A stretch of 64,000 nucleotides of DNA. Source: Vicugna vicugna (Eukaryota). Below, one piece after another: positions 52,651 through 64,000 of the stretch. The notes beneath the pieces were generated by a model that did no database searches, was not told where the DNA came from, and saw only the letters and a program-made list of their open reading frames with translations. Made by a program: the position numbers and the translations under genes. Each line of letters starts with the position of its first letter. The stretch's first letter is position 1. The stretch spans positions 1,941,339 to 2,005,338 of the forward strand of contig MU061538.1 of assembly GCA_013265495.1 (NCBI GenBank), read 5' to 3'.

Positions 52651-55600
52651 GTGCCCCAGCACACAGTAGGAACTCAGCAAACTCTGTCATTCTTTAAGAC
52701 AGGAAGACCCAAGAGACCCAAACCCTGTCATTCTTTAAGACAGGAAGAGCCGGGAAACCCGGCTGCTGGCACAGGGAACACAAAGGAAGTGTTAGATGCC
52801 TTCCAAGGAAGCTGCCAGCGGCAGGACACACACTCGAGGGCTGGAGAGAGACGGTGGGAGGCGGGAGCCCTGGGCAGTGCCTCCGCGGGGTCTCTGGCTG
52901 TGGGCCCCTGGGCTTTATTCAGCCTTGCCTCCCTGGAATTTTGGAAGCTGCCATGGACCAGTTGTGCATTTACAGCGATTGTGGTGCAGGGAAGTCGCTT
53001 GCTAAGTCGAATGGGCCTTGAAAGAATTATGGCAGAAACGGGCATTCCTAAGTCCTGGAGACCGAGGGTGTTTTGAGGGGTGGAGGCGGCTGCCAGGCTG
53101 CCCCTCCCCTAGTCTGCCTGCCAGTTGCCTCTTCTAGGGGACAGCGGGTCAGGTCAGCCGGGATCCAGAGGGACAGAGGAGGGTCTTTGGAATGCAGGGG
53201 TGTGATGCAGGCTTTAGTGGGAGTCAGGTTTTGTGCCTGAGGCAGAGGGAATTCTAACACACACTAGAGCAGAAAGACAGAAATTGCCTGTTAGGTGGCT
53301 GCCATCAGCAGTATGAAGCAGGCGGGCTCTCAGGGATGTCTCACCTGCTGTGACCTCATGGACCCCAGCTCTCTCTCACACACACTCACACTCGGATGTA
53401 CAGATAGATACATCTGCGATCATATATAATTTTCACCATGATGTTTTTATTTGCGGGGAGCCCTGCAGGCTGGCATCCTTCCTTCTTCTCTGGGTACCTA
53501 GTATCTTACACATGCACACACACGCGACTTACAGATTCACATCCAACAGAAACTGAAACTTAGACAGGCAAGAACCTGTGAGCTTCTTGCTAATCAGGGC
53601 AACACCGGATGTACAGTCAGAGAGCGGCAAATAATTAATCGTAATGAAAATTGACGTTGTAAAAATTAAAGTGAGAGGGCTGATGGGGAGGAATTGGTTT
53701 GGTTGTCCAACCTCAGGCCTAAAGGGAAATAGATTGCTTTGGAGAATCTTTTAATTAATTTCAGAGTTTCCCTGTTTCTTCTCTGCCAAGTGAGCAGAGT
53801 TCCTTTCTCTGCCATCAGGATCTTCTGCAGGAAGAGGGAGGGAGGGGGGTGTTGAATAGGGTCTGGAGCATCCCATCCCGGGAGCCTCCAGAACTCCCCA
53901 AGCCCTCCTCCCCCAGCAAGGGGAGCTCAAGGTGGGGGTGATGCAGCCCAAAGAGGGGTTCATTTTGTAAATTTACTTTCCCTACCTATGAATAAACCAG
54001 GAGGGCTACCTCATTCATAGCTAAAATAAAAATAGACCTCTACAGCCTGACCAAGTTCAGCCACGGAGCTGCAGCATTAACTTGTATTCTAACAAGATTA
54101 AAATATATTTGTCCTGGGGATTAGCATACTTAAGTCCCCTTTCCCCTTTTTAGCTGTGGCAGGGCACTTTGATCTGCCTTGCGTGGCGAGAGCGCGGCTT
54201 GGGCCCAGCTATCCGACTGCCAAGTGTGAAATCGGCCTGATGTCATCCTCATTCTTCATCTTTTACATCTTTCACCACTTTAATTATATTTCCGCCACAA
54301 AGCTCTGGCGCCTCATTGCATATTCAAGTTGGACTAGGAAGCATTTAAAAAAAAAAAGGTGCGAATGAAATACCCCTGTAGAGGGAAGGTTGGGGGCTGC
54401 AAATCTGCCTGGTGTAAAGGCAACAAGCCCCAGCCCTTGGTTTGCCCCCAGCGACATTCTCACCTGCGTGGAAGCGGGCGTCTGCACTGGCCTCCCTGGC
54501 CGCCCTGTGCCAGCCCAACGCCTCCATTGGAGGCGGGCACAAAGGCCATGGTCACGCCCGTGCGTGCGTTGTGTTGGGAGCCATTCGGATTGTGACTCTG
54601 GTGGGTTTGCAGGACATCCATCCTCTGCCGCACTGGTTTTGTTTCCTTGGGGCTCGGGGATTCACAGGGTGAGAGCTCCCTTTGCTGTGTAAAAGCCACC
54701 TGCCTCCCAGCGAGGTGACGTGTCGCCAGTGAATCGCCCGCTTTGGGCAGTGTGCAACCACCCCTACCCCCCAGAAAACCTCTACGGTGCACTCAGTGCC
54801 CAAAGGGAATGTGTCAGTGTGACCTTCGATCACCTCAAAGGAATCAGACACTTTCACCCTCCATCCAGACTCCGTAGTCTGACCTCCCAGAACTGCTTGG
54901 AAGCCCAGCCTGCTGGCAGAAGAGGCCTTGACGCCTGGGGCGGGGGCTCCTAATACCTCAACCCCAGGGCCACCCCCCCCCCCAGGCGGCTTAGTGGGGG
55001 CAGGGAGTCATGGCCAGGCCGGGCACCCCTCCGAGGGCACTTGCGTTTGGGGGAGGAAGTGAGCCGCCTGCAGGCGTGGAGGGTTCTGACCCTCACCCCC
55101 ACCAGCCCGGCCCCATTCACACCCAGCTGGGGAGCCTCAGAGACGGGCGTCCCCGGGGCTCTGCAGTCAGGGGCGTTGGATGTTACTTCCGCAAACAAGC
55201 CGGCTAGAATGGAAATGCAGATGGACTTTCTCAGCGTTTGAGAGCAGGTCAGCGCTGGGAAGCGCTCTCCGCGGACTGCCCCTTTGTCTGAGGTTCCCCG
55301 GTGTTTCCCACTTTTTCGGTGGGCTACACGCAGGACAGGGGACAGTACAGAGTGGGCGCTCACTTTCTGCTTTGGGGGACAATGAAGAGACAACTCTGAG
55401 AAGTTTTTTAAAAGGTCCAGATTTACGACCATTTTTAGTTTAAATCATCACTCCTGTGAAAGTGGGAGGTTAACAACACATTGCCTCTTAAATTGAATGA
55501 TATAATTATAAAGTTATCCCCACATAATTACCCCAGGATTATGTGTCATTCTAGTTAGCATGTAATCAAAGCCGGTTATGCTTTTAGCTATAGAAACAGC

Positions 55601-56949
55601 AATTAATTTAAAAGGGGTACTTAGACCCTTCACCATTTAGACGAAACAGCTCATCAGTCATTAAGATGCCTACTCACTCTTGGAGGAGGGGCGGGGGCAG
55701 GGGGAGCAGACGCGGGCCGACACGGGCTGGGACACACTGCCAGGGGCAGCTCCGCTCCCAGCCCCCCCCACCCCCACCCCCATCCGGTTGGGTGGTCCCG
55801 CCGAGGCTCGGTCTCGCTGCTCAGTGCTGTCATTATGGGTTGGGATGGAAAGTGGAATGAGGTATCAAGTTGTTGGGCTGCTCTAGAAACCCAAGGCACA
55901 GCATTGTGCTCATTTTTTGAAAAGCCTGGGGAAAAGATCCTGATAGAATTATGGGTGCAGGTTTGTGAGCCCTGTTACACCAAAGGGCCCTCGTAGCAGT
56001 GTTTCAGGAGGTGGGGGGTCGTGATTCTGGAAAGTGCTGCCTAGAGTCCTGCGTGTCCACCAGTGGTGCTCTTTTCCATTCTCCCTCAGCTCCCATTACT
56101 GTTCCACTTTTTACAACCATATGAATATTGTCTCACCTAGTTTACAATTTCCTCTCATTTCCCCCTCTTCCCTAACAACCGCATAGATGCCTCGTTGGAC
56201 GGTAGAACGTCTACCAGACACAGGCCCTGGGCTGCGTGGGGCACCAGCTGAGCGGAGCACAACTTCTGTCTGCAGAGCGACGGGTCCACTGCCCGCTTGG
56301 CCAGCCCTATTCTGTGCCAGGAGCCTTCTGTTCATGTCCTCACAAAAACCCCTCACAGGAAACCTGCTAGGTAGGTGCTCCTTCTGCTGGAGGGATGAAT
56401 GATTGGACTCTGGGGGTGGTAAGTGACACGATCGAGCTTCCGCTGGAGTGCAGGGCTGCCTGGTCACCACTCTGCACCCGCACAGCACCGCGTTTCTTTC
56501 TGTGCCAAGTGATGCTATGTGGGTATTTGCGTAAAAGACTTGAAACCTGAGCTGGCTGCGAGCCACCGGGAGGGACCGCAAAGACTGCGGCGTCTGAACG
56601 TGAGCTCAGCCTTCCGCTTTCTCAGCAGGCTCGTCTGGTCCCAACGCACGGCAGCTGGAAGCCGGCAGGTCCACCTTTCATCCCAGAGACTGAAGTTTGT
56701 TCAGTGCTCATCCAGGTGTTTCGGCATCGCAGGGCGTCGTCTGAGACTCAACGCGACAGCCTCCGGGTTATCGTGGAGATGGTTTACTGGGGGCCCTTCC
56801 TCGCGGGAGCAGAGTAGTAGTGCCAGCCGTGGCAGGAGGAAACCTGCAAGTGACCGGGTTACGCAGGCCTGTCCCCTACTGCCTGGATCTAAAGAAATAC
56901 CGGCTTTCCGGATTCACGTTTTGTTGACGGGAGTGAGAGAGTAAAAATC

Positions 56950-59130
56950 CCGGGAGAAAGGTTTTGCCTAAAGGGGGAACTCTGACGCACCGCGCCAGGG
57001 CCCCTCAGTGACGCCAGAGGGCAGGGCCCGGGCCGGGGAAGTCGGAGGGAAGCGGCCAGTGTGCTGCTGGGAGGGGCGGCAGACACAGGAACTGGGCCGC
57101 AACTCCTCGCCGCGCGCTTGGCAGCTGGAGCCTGTGATTACCCATCCAAAGAGGAGAGAAAAGCGAAGAAAGAAAGGGAAGTTAGCGGAGGGGGTAGAGG
57201 CGGGGGGGGGGGGCAACCCCCGGCGCAGAGCCCGACAGTCCCCTTCCAGACAAAGGACTTGGCGGGAGGAGAGAACCCCGAACGCGCTGGCTGAAAGGCG
57301 CTAGGCGGCCCCTTCCGCAGGCAGCGCGCTCGGACCGCGCGGCCAACTTTCACAGCTCGACAGATGGGAAGAGCGGCGGCCCGCCCCGATTCTTCCAGAC
57401 GGTCCGCGCACGCAGTGACCCCCGCCCTCCCTCGGCCCCACGGAGGACTCTGGGCCGTGTCAGGGTCCCTCCTGCCCGCGTTCCCCACCCCCACCCCTCC
57501 GCGCGGGCCGCGCGGCCCACTGGGCCCTCAGCTCTTCTTCTCTCCCGGGTCTCCGGGGAGACTGGGTTGGGGGCCTCTTTGGGACGCCTTCCAGGCTGAG
57601 GGGGTGAAAAGGCGGCCGGGAGGCAGATCTCGGCTACTCTTTGTTCGGGCAAAGCGCGGGGCTCAGCCCTGGAAGGAAGGGTGGGGCGGGACAGCCAACG
57701 GGGCGAGGAAAGGCGCCCTGGACCCAAGCTTCTCCCTTCACAGAAAGCAAGCCATGGCGTCCCGCGGGGGTCCGGGAACCCTACCTCCGCCCGGATGTGC
57801 TGCCCAGGCCTGGGGCTGGGGTCCCGCCAAGGGCCGCAAGCCTGGGCCGCACCTGTTCCCCGAACCCCATCTCCAGGCTCCCCAGATCCCTCTGCGGGGA
57901 CCGGGCCAAAGCTGAGGGGGTAGCTGGTCACCCCGCGGCTGAGCAGGACGCCAGAAGCAACGACGGTGGTGACAGTCACGCCGCCGTCTTCAGCTTCACA
58001 GCCACGCCGTGCGCGGGGCCGACGCGCTCCGTTCCGTCTCGTGACCAGGAGTCGCTTTAGTGAGTGCTACGTATTTCAGGCGATTTCGAGACTGGCCTTT
58101 TATTTTCGGTGAGCAAGCGGCATAAGTATAATGAAGTATCTGAGATTATTAATAAAAACATGAATGGCCGGTGCGAGGCTCGCGCAGCCCGGCTCACCAG
58201 CGTGCGCCCCGGAGCTCACGGCGCCGGCACCACGCGCGCGGGTCTCCCCAGCGCAGGGCGGCCCGGCATGCCGCCCGCGAGGTCGTGGGACCCGGCGCTC
58301 CGCCCGGCTCGCGGCCGCCCCTCTCCGCACCACCCCACCCCACCCCACCCGACCCCCCCCCCCTTCTTGGGGCCTGGAGGCCTCGCCCTCGGCCCTGATA
58401 GGACAGAGAAGCGGCAAGAGGGTCCCCACCCCGAGGCCGGGCCTGGGGCTGCAGCGCGTGCGTGTAGGCGGCGTCGGGGTGCGGGGGTGTTGGGGGAGGT
58501 CAGTTTCCCCGGAGACCTTGGTCGCCAGTTACTGTGAACCTTCCAGGGCTCGGCAGCTCGGCCAGGCGAGCGGCAGGCTTCGGTGGAGCCGGGACCTTCC
58601 CAGGGGCGCTTGGGGAGCTGCCCGGGCGGGCAGAGACCGAAGAGGTCGGATATTAAACCAGCGGGAGACAGAATAACTTTGAGCCGAGCCGGAGCGAGCA
58701 AACGCGGCCTCCCAGCCGGCCCTGCGCGACCGGCGAGCGTATTTGCATATATAGTGCCTGGTGTTTACTGTGCGCGCGCTATCCGCCTGGGCACACCTGT
58801 GCCAGGCGGTCCAGAAGCCCCCATCGATTTACCCTTTTCACTCGAGGGGAAAACAGAAAAGATGGAGCCTTCTTGGAGATCAGACTGGTGTCACCGCGGA
58901 GCCCCCCCCTTGTCGCCCCTAAAGAGAGCCCCTGGCCGTTCACTTTGGGCGACCTTCGGGTCTGTGTTGACCCTCGGATTCCGACTCCAGCCCAAGGGGC
59001 GCCCCCTGTTTATTCGACCCTGTTCGGCAGCCAGTGGAGGAAGGCCCTCCAAGCGCCAAGGAACCACGCTGGGTCTCTCGCCCTGCATCTTTGCCGGCGT
59101 GCCTGGGATGGCCTCGACCGTCCTCCCGAC
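56950..59130. promoter_or_regulatory. CpG island downstream of EN2
   Basis: About 2 kb of very CpG-rich sequence, typical of Polycomb-marked developmental loci (inference). Confidence 0.8.
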
Positions 59131-60871
59131 CGGGGCTCCCGGAAGTCAGCCTAGTCTCTGCCCAGCTAAGGAGGGCTGTGGACACAGCTCTGCCTGGGCC
59201 CCAGGAGGGACACAGCCAGGCCTAGGGGTGACGGGCCCTTTCGGCTCAAAGGAGTCAGGACTTCATTTACAAATGTGCTTGCCTCTGAGGAACATTTAGG
59301 AAACCCACATCATGCTGGGGGTGGGGGCAGCCACCAATCTGGCAGGGGGCCAGCTGGGAACATCACCCATCTCAGTGCTGTAGGCCGGGTCCAGATCTGA
59401 GACACGCAGAGCCATGGAGGTGCAGGTGGAACACAGGGAAGCCAGACTTCAGAAAGGAGCACCACCACCTCCGCAGGCCTGACTCTGGTCTCCACTAGCC
59501 CCTAGGGATAGCAGCTGGGCACCCAAGTGGCTCTCCGTGAGTTATGATCTTGGATTGTAGCTGCTGCATTTTTAAAATGTAATAATTGTCAGAGCAAAAC
59601 CAGAATCTCAGCATTTGGAAGGTCTAAGGGCTCATTCAGTCCAATCCCCTACCAGAGGGGGTAAGAAAAACACAAAAGAAAAACTCTTATGCCACTGTAG
59701 GCCTAGTGTCTGCTTGCATGCCTCTGAGGACGGGGAACTCATTATCTTGCAAAGCCATACATTACCCCTAAACAGTGCTATGATTTGCAAACAGATTAAA
59801 AAATAAAAACAAAAATGATTGCTTAATGTTGCTATGCTGTCTTTTTATTAAAAAGGGAGAGAGAGGCCAAGTGATTAACATAAGTTGTGCTAGTGCGTTT
59901 TCGTCTTTGGGAACCCTGGTAACTGTGGTGAGGGGTGGCTAAGGAAGACTCAGGGGATGGCCTGTGTGATCAGGTTTCATTAACGCTCCTGGAAACTGGC
60001 AGTTGGGGCTCCAGAGCCTCTGCCTCGAGGCCCCAGGATGTGTCTTTGCAAAACCCGGGAGGAGCCTAGCTTCTGCTGGGAGGCCCAACATTCTCCCACT
60101 CGGGAAGTTATTGTGGAACCGAAAACTGCCTAAAAGGTTGCCTTCAGAATAGATGATCCTCTCTAGTCTCTGAGTTTATTTTAGTGGGAGAAGAAAACTT
60201 TTTTTAAGCCAAGAAAGTTGGGAAATAGAGCAGTTGGGTGTGCAGGGCGCACATAGGCTGTCCTGCATAGCTACATGGGTTGTGGATCCTGAGCTTGAAA
60301 ATCCCAAACATTTCCAGCGGAGGCATCCAGGCAGCTCCCGCAAATCTGGTCCTTTCCTCTCCATCTGCCTTGGGATGTTGTTCAGTCTTTTGCTTTGGGG
60401 GGTAACGACAACAAAACATGAGAGAGAAGAGCCTCTTTGTCTCAGGTCAAGTGGAAGTTCGTCTCCATGGGGTGGGGTCAGGCAGGGGAGAGGGTGGTGA
60501 AAGTCGCTGTCCCAGGCTCAGGAGCAGTGAGGGGGATGGACACCTGTTGTGTTCTGCAGGATTTTAAATATTAATTCAACGGAATAGCACCATACTTTGG
60601 AGCACTTCCTTCTGGTAAAGAAATGTGTGCTTGAGTTACTTTGGTTGTTCTGTGCTCACATATGAGATACCCAAAGTGTCTCCATCATTTAAAAAAAAAA
60701 CTACTCCTCTGGATACAAAGGGCATGTGCATACCTGCTCTGGCTGAGGCAAAGGTGTGGGCACTGGAGTGCTGGGGCGATGCCCAGGGCAGTTCGGCTGG
60801 ACTCAAACACACTTAGAAAAATTAGTCATTTCACCTTGGACATCCAATATTTTACAATAAAGCGGGGTTTT

Positions 60872-60877
60872 TTTATT
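60872..60877 (-). terminator. EN2 distal poly(A) signal AATAAA
   Basis: tttatt on + at the end of the AU-rich 3'UTR block. Confidence 0.65.
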
Positions 60878-61380
60878 ACGTAACTTTCAAGAAGTTAAAC
60901 ACACAAAAATGCAGGGGTGGGGGGATGTTCACAATTTTGATAACCACAGTTGTAAACAGAAACATTCATTTCTCATAAGATTATAAATATCTGATACTGG
61001 AACTGTAAAATGCACATGTTTTGTAAACTAAAAAATAAAAACATAAAAATAAAAAACCAAAAAGCTTTGCTTCCTGCTAAAAAGGCATGTCATCTCATTG
61101 AGTTTCCTAAGCAGCAGATGGTTATTCACAGAATTTTAAATTACAACTTTTGTTTTTATAGTTTTTTAAAAAGGTTTACACTAGTATGTACAAAGTGAAA
61201 CTGCTATTGAAGTGAAATCGAGAGGTTTAAGGCAGAGAAAGAGAAGTCCACCCTCAGTCCTCGGGGGACAGCCACGGCTCCTGGCTCAGCCCCGGGCACA
61301 ACCGCTGGGCTGTCCCGGTGCAGACAGACATTCGGACACAATTCTTTTTCCATACACTAAACAGAAGACAGCGTGGAGTC

Positions 61381-61399
61381 ATAGATAGATAGATAGATA
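61381..61399. repeat. (ATAG)n microsatellite in the EN2 3'UTR
   Basis: Read directly from the sequence. Confidence 0.85.
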
Positions 61400-61906
61400 A
61401 TGTGTTTGTTTATATATATGTACTTGGTGGGGGATATATTGAATATATTTAATTTACACTGTACCACACCTTCAAAAAATAAAATGTATATTTAAAAAAA
61501 AACAAGAAAAGACAAAAAGTGATAAGAAATGATTATTTACACACTTTCTTCCTTCCTCTAGATCCTGGAGAATTCTGAGTTCCTTCAAAAGTCAAGGTAG
61601 CCACATGTTCCAGAACTGTGGACTCATGCATCTGCTTGTGTGTATGTGTGTGAGAGCATATCTATACGATGTACGCAGACACACATGCACACATATTTAC
61701 CTTGAAAGAATGCAATCTATAGCAGAGGTTGTCACTTGAAAAAAAGAAAGAAAAAGAAAAGGAAGAAAAACAAAAAAGGAAGGGAAGGAAATGCCAGCTC
61801 CCTCTCGAGGCCTCTGCTGGTTGGAAGCTGTGTTTCTGGGGCCAGGCGGGCACCCACATGGCCAGTGGAGCAGCCAGGATGCTCTGGGCCCAGGCTGAGC
61901 CCACTT

Positions 61907-61934
61907 GCCCGGCCCCGGCCCCGGCCCCGGCCCC
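61907..61934. repeat. (GCCCCG)n hexamer tract in the EN2 3'UTR
   Basis: Read directly; reads (GGGGCC)n on the mRNA strand. Confidence 0.85.
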
Positions 61935-62725
61935 TTGGCCCAGAGCCCCGGAGGTGGGAGAGCTGACGCTGACGCAGGCAGACAGGGCACAGGGACAGGG
62001 GAGAGTGACACAGACACAGATGAAAGGACGTGGGGAGGCACAGGCCAGGCCTCAGCGAGGAGGAGGATATGGTGGGAGGAAGAGAGGAGGGGAGCGGCCG
62101 GCCGTGGGCCCCTAGCCCAAGGCAGGCCCTGGTGTCAGGGTGTCACTCCCCAGGCCAAGCCTCTGCACTCCCCCAAGGACCCCCGGCAGTCACCTCGCCC
62201 CACCAGGGCCCTTTCTCTGCTTCTGGTGAGGCTGGGAATGTGGGCCCTCCTACTGTCCTCACCAAGCCCACACAAACAAAGTGGCAGAACTCATAGGCCA
62301 AGTAGGAGCTATTAATTCGGTTCACAGTTGTGTGAAATGCAGCAATAAAAATCTTTGGACTTCAGCAAGTTGTTTTAATTTTTTTTTCTTTTGAAATTAA
62401 AAAAAAGGTGTCCGATGTCCCATAATGGAGCTTAGGGGATTAAAAAAAAGATGAAACCCTAAGCAGCTCCCTTTGCAAAAAGAAAATCATAAAATTAGCA
62501 TAATCTCATAAACACAAAAAAACTCAAAAATATTTTATAGTCAGATATTTGGGATTTTATACCTCCTGTAAATTATATATACATAGAATATTGCAGAACC
62601 ATTGCTAATACACGAGATTTTTTACTATTAATGCTGGTATAATCTTTATACACTGGCCCTTTATTTATGATTTTAAATTATTGCATTGTTTAGCTCGCAC
62701 CGAGACCGGGCCTGCGCCCGCCCCC

Positions 62726-63042
62726 CTACTCGCTGTCCGACTTGCCCTCCTTGGCGGCAGTGGAGTGGTTGTACAGGCCCTGCGCCATCAGGTGCACAGC
62801 CAGCGTGTTCTTGTTGCCTGTGGCCTTCTTGATCTTGGCGCGCTTGTTCTGGAACCAAATCTTGATCTGTGACTCATTGAGGCTGAGCTCCTGCGCCAGG
62901 CTCTGGCGCCGCTGCTCCGTCAGGTACCTGTTGGTCTGGAACTCGGCCTTGAGCCTCTGCAGCTGCTCCGCAGTGAAGGCTGTGCGAGGCCGCTTGTCCT
63001 CTTTGTTGGGGTTCTTCTTCTTTGGTTTGCGTGACCTGGGAC
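62726..63042 (-). CDS. EN2: Engrailed-2 exon 2 (homeodomain and EH5 region)
   Basis: Acceptor ccacctag| (AG at 63043-44 on -). 317 nt encoding (G)[104 protein letters not shown]. The C-terminus is EN2-type, not EN1-type. Confidence 0.98.
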
Positions 63043-64000
63043 CTAGGTGGGCACGGTGGACAGAGAGAACGCGGGTTAGGAGGGCTCCGGCCGACCTGCT
63101 TCCTCGGGTGCGTCACATCGCAGGCCAGGGAGAAGGCCGAGGCCAGGAGGGAAGAGGCTGCCCACGGCCAGCGGCTGACCTGGAGGAGAGTTGGGCTGGC
63201 CTTGAGACTGGGCAGGGCTCCCCGCTACCTCTGGGACCCTCCCCTGGGGAGTGAGGTGTTGGGCCCAGGAGGTGAGGGGCTGAGAGTAGGGTAAAGGGCA
63301 GGCTTAGTGAGAAAGTCTGCAAATAAAAGGAAAACCCCCACAGGAAAGTAAAAAGCCGAAACTTCGTGGCCAGGCTCTTTCTCGCCCTCTCTGAGGGTCT
63401 GTCCAGGACAGGACAGGGAAGGGGTAGGTGCTGGGAGAGAGGTGAGGGGGAAAGATTGGGGGAGGGGAGGGGCAGCCAGGGTAGCAGGAAGAGCCATGGC
63501 AGGATGTGAGGGACCCCCACAGGGGACACCCCACAGGTCCCAAGGGCTGTGGGAGCCAAGGTCAGGTGAATTCTGAGAACAGGACAGGTCTGGAGGTCTG
63601 CCCCCCTCCACTAGCCCTGTGGACCCAAGTCCACTGTTTCCTTTAAGGACAGGAAAGAGCACACATGGCCTTTCCTGGGTGAGGAAGGAGCTCTGAGTTT
63701 CCCACCCCTTCCCCCACCAAGTCTCCTCAGTCCCCTGTCCAGGAGAGGGGACACAGTGCCTGCCTGGGAGCCAAGGAGGCCGCTGAGGGACCTAGCTGAC
63801 CTTGGCCACAAGGTTCACACTTCTGACCTCCCACCCCCACCTCCTGTGGCTGGGCTGCCCCACACTACTTGAGGTTGGTTTGGGACAGTGGTGATAAGGC
63901 CAAAGACCCAACCATCGGAAAAGGCCCAAGAAAGGAGAGCAGAGGGAAGGGGGCCAAGTGCATTCTTTTTATTGGTTTCTGGAAGTTCAGCCCCTAAGGA
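63043..64000 (-). other. EN2: EN2 intron (3' part); exon 1 lies beyond the window
   Basis: Upstream of the exon 2 acceptor, with a pyrimidine-rich tract on -; engrailed genes have two exons. Confidence 0.9.

Larger units (their letters stand above)
60855..62725 (-). other. EN2: EN2 3'UTR (distal end approximate)
   Basis: AU-rich sequence following the EN2 stop codon, with AATAAA on the - strand at 60872-60877. Confidence 0.7.

Noticed and set aside
52684..52748. CRISPR-like repeat-spacer-repeat
   Set aside because: Only two copies, a 17-bp spacer, mammalian context and no cas genes.
62742..63254. 170-aa + strand ORF
   Set aside because: Antisense shadow of the EN2 homeobox exon.

Overview
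Mammalian genomic DNA, not prokaryotic. The tRNA-Ala-type SINEs resemble camelid Vic-1, so the source is probably a camelid (inference). The window holds the convergent CNPY1-EN2 locus. On the + strand are the last three coding exons of CNPY1 (25613-25816, 27584-27680, 31762-31799; the protein ends in HTEL); I could not find its upstream exons in the window. On the - strand are EN2 exon 2 (homeodomain, CDS 62726-63042), a 3'UTR of about 1.9 kb and part of the intron. The rest is intronic or intergenic: CpG islands, AT-rich blocks rich in homeodomain/TCF motifs that look like enhancers, and many repeats (L1, MaLR/MER21 LTRs, hAT elements, SINEs). Nearly all ORFs in the supplied track are GC-rich noise. 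I see no new multi-gene system. The best leads are possible alternative CNPY1 isoforms (alternative last exon, read-through with a hydrophobic tail, CpG-island first exon), a proximal EN2 poly(A) signal that would remove Pumilio/miRNA sites, and unusual retrotransposition scars. Repeat family names and cross-species comparisons are from memory, not from searches.
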